64,000 nucleotides of DNA, from the NCBI RefSeq assembly GCF_036971445.1, contig NC_091478.1, positions 93,806,001 through 93,870,000 of the forward strand. The letters are read 5' to 3'. Both the position numbers and the translations under genes were made by a program. This stretch comes from Narcine bancroftii. Lineage: Eukaryota. Below are positions 61,401 through 64,000 of this stretch, one piece after another (within the stretch, counting starts at the first letter, position 1; the number at the start of each line of letters is the position of its first letter). Below the pieces are notes generated by a model. The model saw nothing but the letters and a program-made list of their open reading frames with translations. It was not told where the DNA came from and did not search any database.

Positions 61401-63499
61401 CCAAAGATGGAAGTAACTCAGTACTAGTCAACAGTGAGCTGTGAGTAAACCTGATTCAATCAATAGTGAATTTCAAATAAGCAAGTTAGTCAACAGCAAG
61501 CTGCAAGTAACCCAGGGTCAGTTAATAAAGTTAATACTAAAGTTACTAAAGGCTTTCAAACCTTGCATAGGGATATGAACCAGCTAGAAAAATGGGCTGC
61601 AAAATGGCAGATGAAGATAAATGTGAGTTGTTGCACTTTGGAAAAACAAATGGTAGGGCACTGAGAAGTGCAGTGAAACAAAGCGTTCTGAGAATACAGA
61701 CACAATTCCCTGAAAGTAGAATTGCAGGTAGTTAAGGTCATATAGGAGTTGGGATGTTAGAAGGACCTTACAGTGCTCAATAATTACAGGTAACTTTGAT
61801 CAATAGTGTTGCACTATTACCACTCAGTTGTGAGTTTGCTGAAGCTGCAATCCAAGACACAAACACAGACATTGGTGAAGCCAAATTTGGAGCACTGTGT
61901 GCAGTTTTGGTCACCCGACTACAGGAACGACATCAATAAGATTGAAAGAGTGCAGAGAAGATTGACTCGGATATTCCCTGGACGAGGAACTGAGGTACAG
62001 GCAAAGGATGGACAGGTTCGGACTTCATTCCCTGGAATCCAGAAGAATGAGGAGAGATAGAGGTATACAAAATTGTGAATAGAATAAATAGAAGCAAACT
62101 TTTTCCACTGAAGTTAGGCGAGATAAAAACTGGTCAAGGGCAAAATTTTAAAGGGAACACAACAGGGAACATCTTCACACAGAGAGAGATGGGGGTGTGG
62201 AACAAGGTGTAGATAATTGATAAACACAAGCTCAATTTTGACATTGAAAGAAAAAGCTGGACAGGTAGGTACATGGATGGAAGGGGTATGGAGGGACATG
62301 GTCTGGTGCAGGTCAGTGGGACCAGGCAGAATAATAGTTTGATACAGACTAGAAGGACGTTTTGCTGTGCTTTTACAGTGTTCAATAATTACAGGTAGCT
62401 TTCACCACTCAGTTGTGAGTTTGCTGAAGCTGCGATCCAAGACACAAACACAACCCAGAAAATATTTACTTGACTACTACCTGGAATAAGTGTTGCGATA
62501 TGAGAAAAGGTTGAAAATAATAATTTAAGAACTGACCAACATGCTCTGGTTCCGCAGACAGATTGCTATTTTGCCCTCTGCATTTGCACCATTTGCCCTC
62601 ATAAGTCCCATACCTTCCCAATCACTTCACATCCATCTTGTTATGAAAAGGAGCTATGCCAGGTTTGAGGAAACAGGTTCTGGAGACCCAAGTAGGGTTG
62701 GAAGACCTGGGTCTGAGATTTGGGAGGGGGTGGCAGGTGCAGTTAGAATCAAAGGGAAACCAGTTTCCAGAGGGGGTTCTAGGGGTAGGGGATCTGCACC
62801 GTGTGACAGGCAGGGGTTGGTAGCTGGTTGTTTGTAACTGGGCTTGCTGTCTGAACACCCTAAGGGTCCAGGTCAAGGGGGTCTGCACCCGATTCCAGGG
62901 CTGGCTGGGGTCAGGTTCTGATGTGAGGTCTACATGGGGCAGGGGGAATCATGTTTCCAGAGGGTGCCCAAAATTGGGGGCAGGGAGAGGGAAACAAATG
63001 CCAGGACTTGGGGGGGGGGGGGGGGGGAGAGAATTCTAAGACTGGCTGAGGGGAGGTGTGCTGAGGTAACCAGGGTCGGGAAAGGGGTGACTGAGGACAG
63101 GACGGGAGGGTGGACAGATCATGCGCTGTCTGTGACGAGACAGGAGACTGTGTTCCCCAGGGAGTGGTTGGGGTCATGGGGAGCCAGGTGCGTGACCAGG
63201 TGGAGCCAAGATTGTCGGGGGTGGACTGGGTACTGGGGTCCAGGAGGATTTGTGCCCAAAGGTCACAGGCAGGTTAGGTGTCCTGGGGCCCGGGTGAGTC
63301 TGGGACCGGGTGGGGGTCGCAGGGTGGCTGCGGGCCTCACCTTCTCCTGGATGAAGTTACTGGCGAAGTTGAAGATGTCCAGCGAGCTGTCGGCCCGGGC
63401 CACGGCGAGGAGCTGGGCGGCGCGGTTGTAGGACAGGCTGCGGATGGCCGGCGGCACCAGCCCGAAGAAGCGCACACGGTGGACGAGGAACTCGCCCAT
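41933..63499 (-). CDS. UTP4: U3 snoRNA-associated protein 4 (cirhin), WD40 SSU-processome subunit, 16 coding exons, 686 aa: complement(join(41933..42049,43833..43943,45541..45726,47681..47776,48032..48138,48538..48694,49025..49147,51158..51222,51886..51982,53783..53874,53951..54122,54294..54505,55660..55749,57342..57426,61098..61289,63341..63499))
   Basis: N-terminus MGEFLVHRVRFF, internal GCEDGSVKLF and HHTHDVR, C-terminus QLPAMIRQKKFAT*. All introns are GT-AG, and the exons total 2061 nt in one open frame. Confidence 0.96.
42518..42825. mobile_element. 308-bp MITE (Tc1-mariner/pogo-type) containing (GAGAGG)n
   Basis: TIRs CAGGTACACAATCC / GGATTGTATACCTG (13/14 match), flanked by TA at 42516-42517 and 42826-42827. 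Confidence 0.85.
43408..43485. repeat. (GA)n microsatellite inside a duplicated MITE left end
   Basis: Pure GA run. Confidence 0.95.
43833..43943 (-). CDS. UTP4: UTP4 coding exon 15
   Basis: PLPNERLHLYNQ...HAFKICKKYK; 111 nt. Confidence 0.95.
44080..45400 (+). mobile_element. L1-like LINE 3' portion in a UTP4 intron
   Basis: GGLQLPNFKNYY and LAVARKCIAVAWKS motifs; T-rich 3' UTR, G-tract, AATAAA and A tail. Confidence 0.82.
45541..45726 (-). CDS. UTP4: UTP4 coding exon 14
   Basis: IFEFSINEKKYTDWSR...HDTYMFCIIDQSL; 186 nt. Confidence 0.95.
46276..47500 (+). mobile_element. Gypsy-type LTR retrotransposon remnant: 231-bp LTR (46276-46506) plus frameshifted gag
   Basis: LTR TGTGAT...ATTACA with AATAAA at 46452. 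Gag from ATG 46537 (ERLDIDPQSATA...HWVRCLETYL) with a double zinc knuckle (CGKNKH---C, CRKCLKNGHFVAVC). No pol or 3' LTR. Confidence 0.85.
47681..47776 (-). CDS. UTP4: UTP4 coding exon 13
   Basis: HHCTVPVYN...HADQQ; 96 nt. Confidence 0.95.
48032..48138 (-). CDS. UTP4: UTP4 coding exon 12
   Basis: ICLLAVSEDGNWLAAAS; 107 nt. Confidence 0.95.
48272..48316 (+). mobile_element. ~45-bp extreme 3' end of the RTE family also seen at 54826
   Basis: cataaatcttcgtccgcgaagccaagccaaagaagaag is identical to the RTE terminus on the minus strand at ~54830-54867. Confidence 0.85.
48538..48694 (-). CDS. UTP4: UTP4 coding exon 11
   Basis: SAHQLLFSADSTKLFIA; 157 nt. Confidence 0.95.
49025..49147 (-). CDS. UTP4: UTP4 coding exon 10
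   Basis: SCALSPCGTWIAFST; 123 nt. Confidence 0.93.
49970..50372. mobile_element. MITE with TA flanks (Tc2/pogo-like)
   Basis: Imperfect TIRs ctgtatatactcatgtaatagttgac / gtgactattacgtaagtatatcgtg; internal repeats tgaccc-tgtaaaagtc at ~50060 and ~50279. Confidence 0.7.
51158..51222 (-). CDS. UTP4: UTP4 coding exon 9
   Basis: GVPGDVLPISKKPEKLLELKSQ; 65 nt. Confidence 0.93.
51886..51982 (-). CDS. UTP4: UTP4 coding exon 8
   Basis: LLLFQFPEQLELWRLGS; 97 nt. Confidence 0.95.
52350..53243 (+). mobile_element. Second long copy of the non-autonomous dispersed element
   Basis: Block-wise similarity to 23290-24017; tail nearly matches 1130-1206. Confidence 0.65.
53783..53874 (-). CDS. UTP4: UTP4 coding exon 7
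   Basis: VDSQLVIRPLM...ALRKVLFPH; 92 nt; AAG acceptor. Confidence 0.93.
53951..54122 (-). CDS. UTP4: UTP4 coding exon 6
   Basis: EDSIVVGTAEGT...WVRTKTFKHHTHDVR; 172 nt. Confidence 0.96.
54294..54505 (-). CDS. UTP4: UTP4 coding exon 5
   Basis: FLSDYTIVSADSSGKIQFWD; 212 nt. Confidence 0.96.
54826..55568 (-). mobile_element. RTE-clade LINE, 5'-truncated, with intact C-terminal ORF and (AAG)n tail
   Basis: Open frame RLAKANSAFGRL...KISVYRAVVIPTLLFGSESW...LRWVGHVSRMEDHRLPK...GAPKKRYKD. Confidence 0.92.
55660..55749 (-). CDS. UTP4: UTP4 coding exon 4
   Basis: RILSLAWH...IRVFNVKS; 90 nt. Confidence 0.95.
57342..57426 (-). CDS. UTP4: UTP4 coding exon 3
   Basis: IGCEDGSVKLFEIGPEKLQFERNLDHQK; 85 nt; donor GTGCAG. 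Confidence 0.93.
57550..58500 (+). mobile_element. CR1 fragments (endonuclease region and 3' end)
   Basis: CIQEDFLKQH and LDLELGIELGQV motifs; CR1 3' UTR. Confidence 0.7.
58504..59253 (+). mobile_element. Probable solo LTR (5' boundary uncertain: 58504 or 58591)
   Basis: TGT start, TATTTAAA (~58768), AATAAA (59231) and GTTACA end; no matching TSD found. Confidence 0.5.
59310..60170 (-). mobile_element. Penelope-like element 3' part (GIY-YIG endonuclease region and terminal repeat)
   Basis: AFHRD-SFRNSFIHS, TYPC-CRKCNTC...IQG-KQCFQVKQH and LPVANHFNS motifs. Similar pieces at ~20110-20270, ~22190-22660 and ~24640-24970. Confidence 0.78.
61098..61289 (-). CDS. UTP4: UTP4 coding exon 2
   Basis: RLLSVGLNGEIMEFDL...AFGGPLW; 192 nt. 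Confidence 0.96.
61550..62375 (+). mobile_element. CR1 LINE 3' fragment with an internal templated insertion
   Basis: LEKWAAKWQM and TLVKPNLEHCVQFWSPDYR-DI-KIERVQRR motifs. Confidence 0.85.
63341..63499 (-). CDS. UTP4: UTP4 first coding exon
   Basis: aggATGG start; MGEFLVHRVRFF...NFIQEK|GTGAGG; 159 nt. Confidence 0.96.
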
Positions 63500-63630
63500 C
63501 CTCGCGCCACGAGCTCCTTCACCCGGAAACACTTGCCCGCGGCGGGGGGGAGGGGAGGTCGCGGGGGAAGGAAGTGACGCAGGCTGGAAATATGGTTCAA
63601 ATCCCGGTGGCGTTGAACCGGTGAGAGTGT
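63500..63630. promoter_or_regulatory. UTP4 CpG-island promoter, possibly bidirectional
   Basis: ETS-like CCGGAA (~63523), composite ETS/half-CRE GGAAGTGACGC (63570-63580), and a plus-strand donor-like CCG|GTGAGA at 63620/63621. Confidence 0.6.
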
Positions 63631-63829
63631 GAGGGAGAAAAGGGGGAGGAGAGGAATGGGAGACAGGTCGGGTGGGGGAGAGGATAAACCACAATGTCGG
63701 AGAAGCTCAGCAGGTCAAACAGTGTCCCTTATAGAGTAAATAATCGTCCCTTCATCAAATGTCGGCAGGAGTCCGAACAAAAGAGTCGGGGGGGGGGGGA
63801 AGCAGAGGCAAGGGGTATTAGGTGGAGAA

Positions 63830-64000
63830 GGAAGGGAGGGAGGAGAGGGGGGAGGGAGGAGAGGGGGGAGGGAGGAGAGGGGGGAGGGAGGAGAGGGGGG
63901 AGGGAGGAGAGGGGGGAGGGAGGGAAGGGAGGGAGGAGAGGGGGGAGGGAGGAGAGGGGGGAGGGAGGGAAGGGAGGGAGGAGAGGGGGGAGGGAGGGAA
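63830..64000. repeat. 16-bp purine minisatellite (AGGAGAGGGGGGAGGG)n
   Basis: Tandem units to the window end. Confidence 0.92.

Noticed and set aside
41933-63499. Intronic snoRNAs in UTP4
   Set aside because: I saw no convincing C/D or H/ACA box pair with a terminal stem by eye; an Infernal/Rfam scan is needed to exclude them.
63575-63612. tRNA gene (A-box-like TGACGCAGGCTGG plus B box GGTTCAAATCC)
   Set aside because: The boxes are only about 6 nt apart and there is no cloverleaf; at most an isolated B box.

Overview
This is eukaryotic, intron-rich vertebrate DNA. The repeat landscape (CR1 LINEs, Rex1/Babar, Penelope, RTE, V-SINE/HE1-like SINEs) suggests a cartilaginous fish, but the species cannot be fixed from sequence alone. 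I reconstructed three genes by hand, all on the minus strand: a complete UTP4/CIRH1A (16 coding exons, 63499->41933, 686 aa), a complete SNTB2 beta-2 syntrophin (7 exons, 37895->10420, 527 aa), and the first coding exon of VPS4A (213->190). This order matches the human CHTF8-UTP4-SNTB2-VPS4A block, and a possible divergent CHTF8 first exon lies near 63570-63620. Most of the rest is transposon debris, including a solo LTR with perfect termini and a target-site duplication, an LTR+gag Gypsy remnant, two TA-flanked MITEs, and L1 and RTE 3' ends. I found no convincing new multi-gene system. The best leads are a 5S-rRNA-headed element whose tail is shared with a dispersed non-autonomous family (candidate SINE3), an AUG-UGA start-stop one base upstream of the VPS4A start, five ~24-bp-phased CAAT boxes at SNTB2, G/C-skewed minisatellites beside each promoter, Penelope-terminal hairpins with decayed hammerhead-like cores, and two local templated duplications. 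Exon coordinates were read base by base; transposon boundaries are approximate unless termini are quoted. Comparisons with human proteins are from memory, not from a search.
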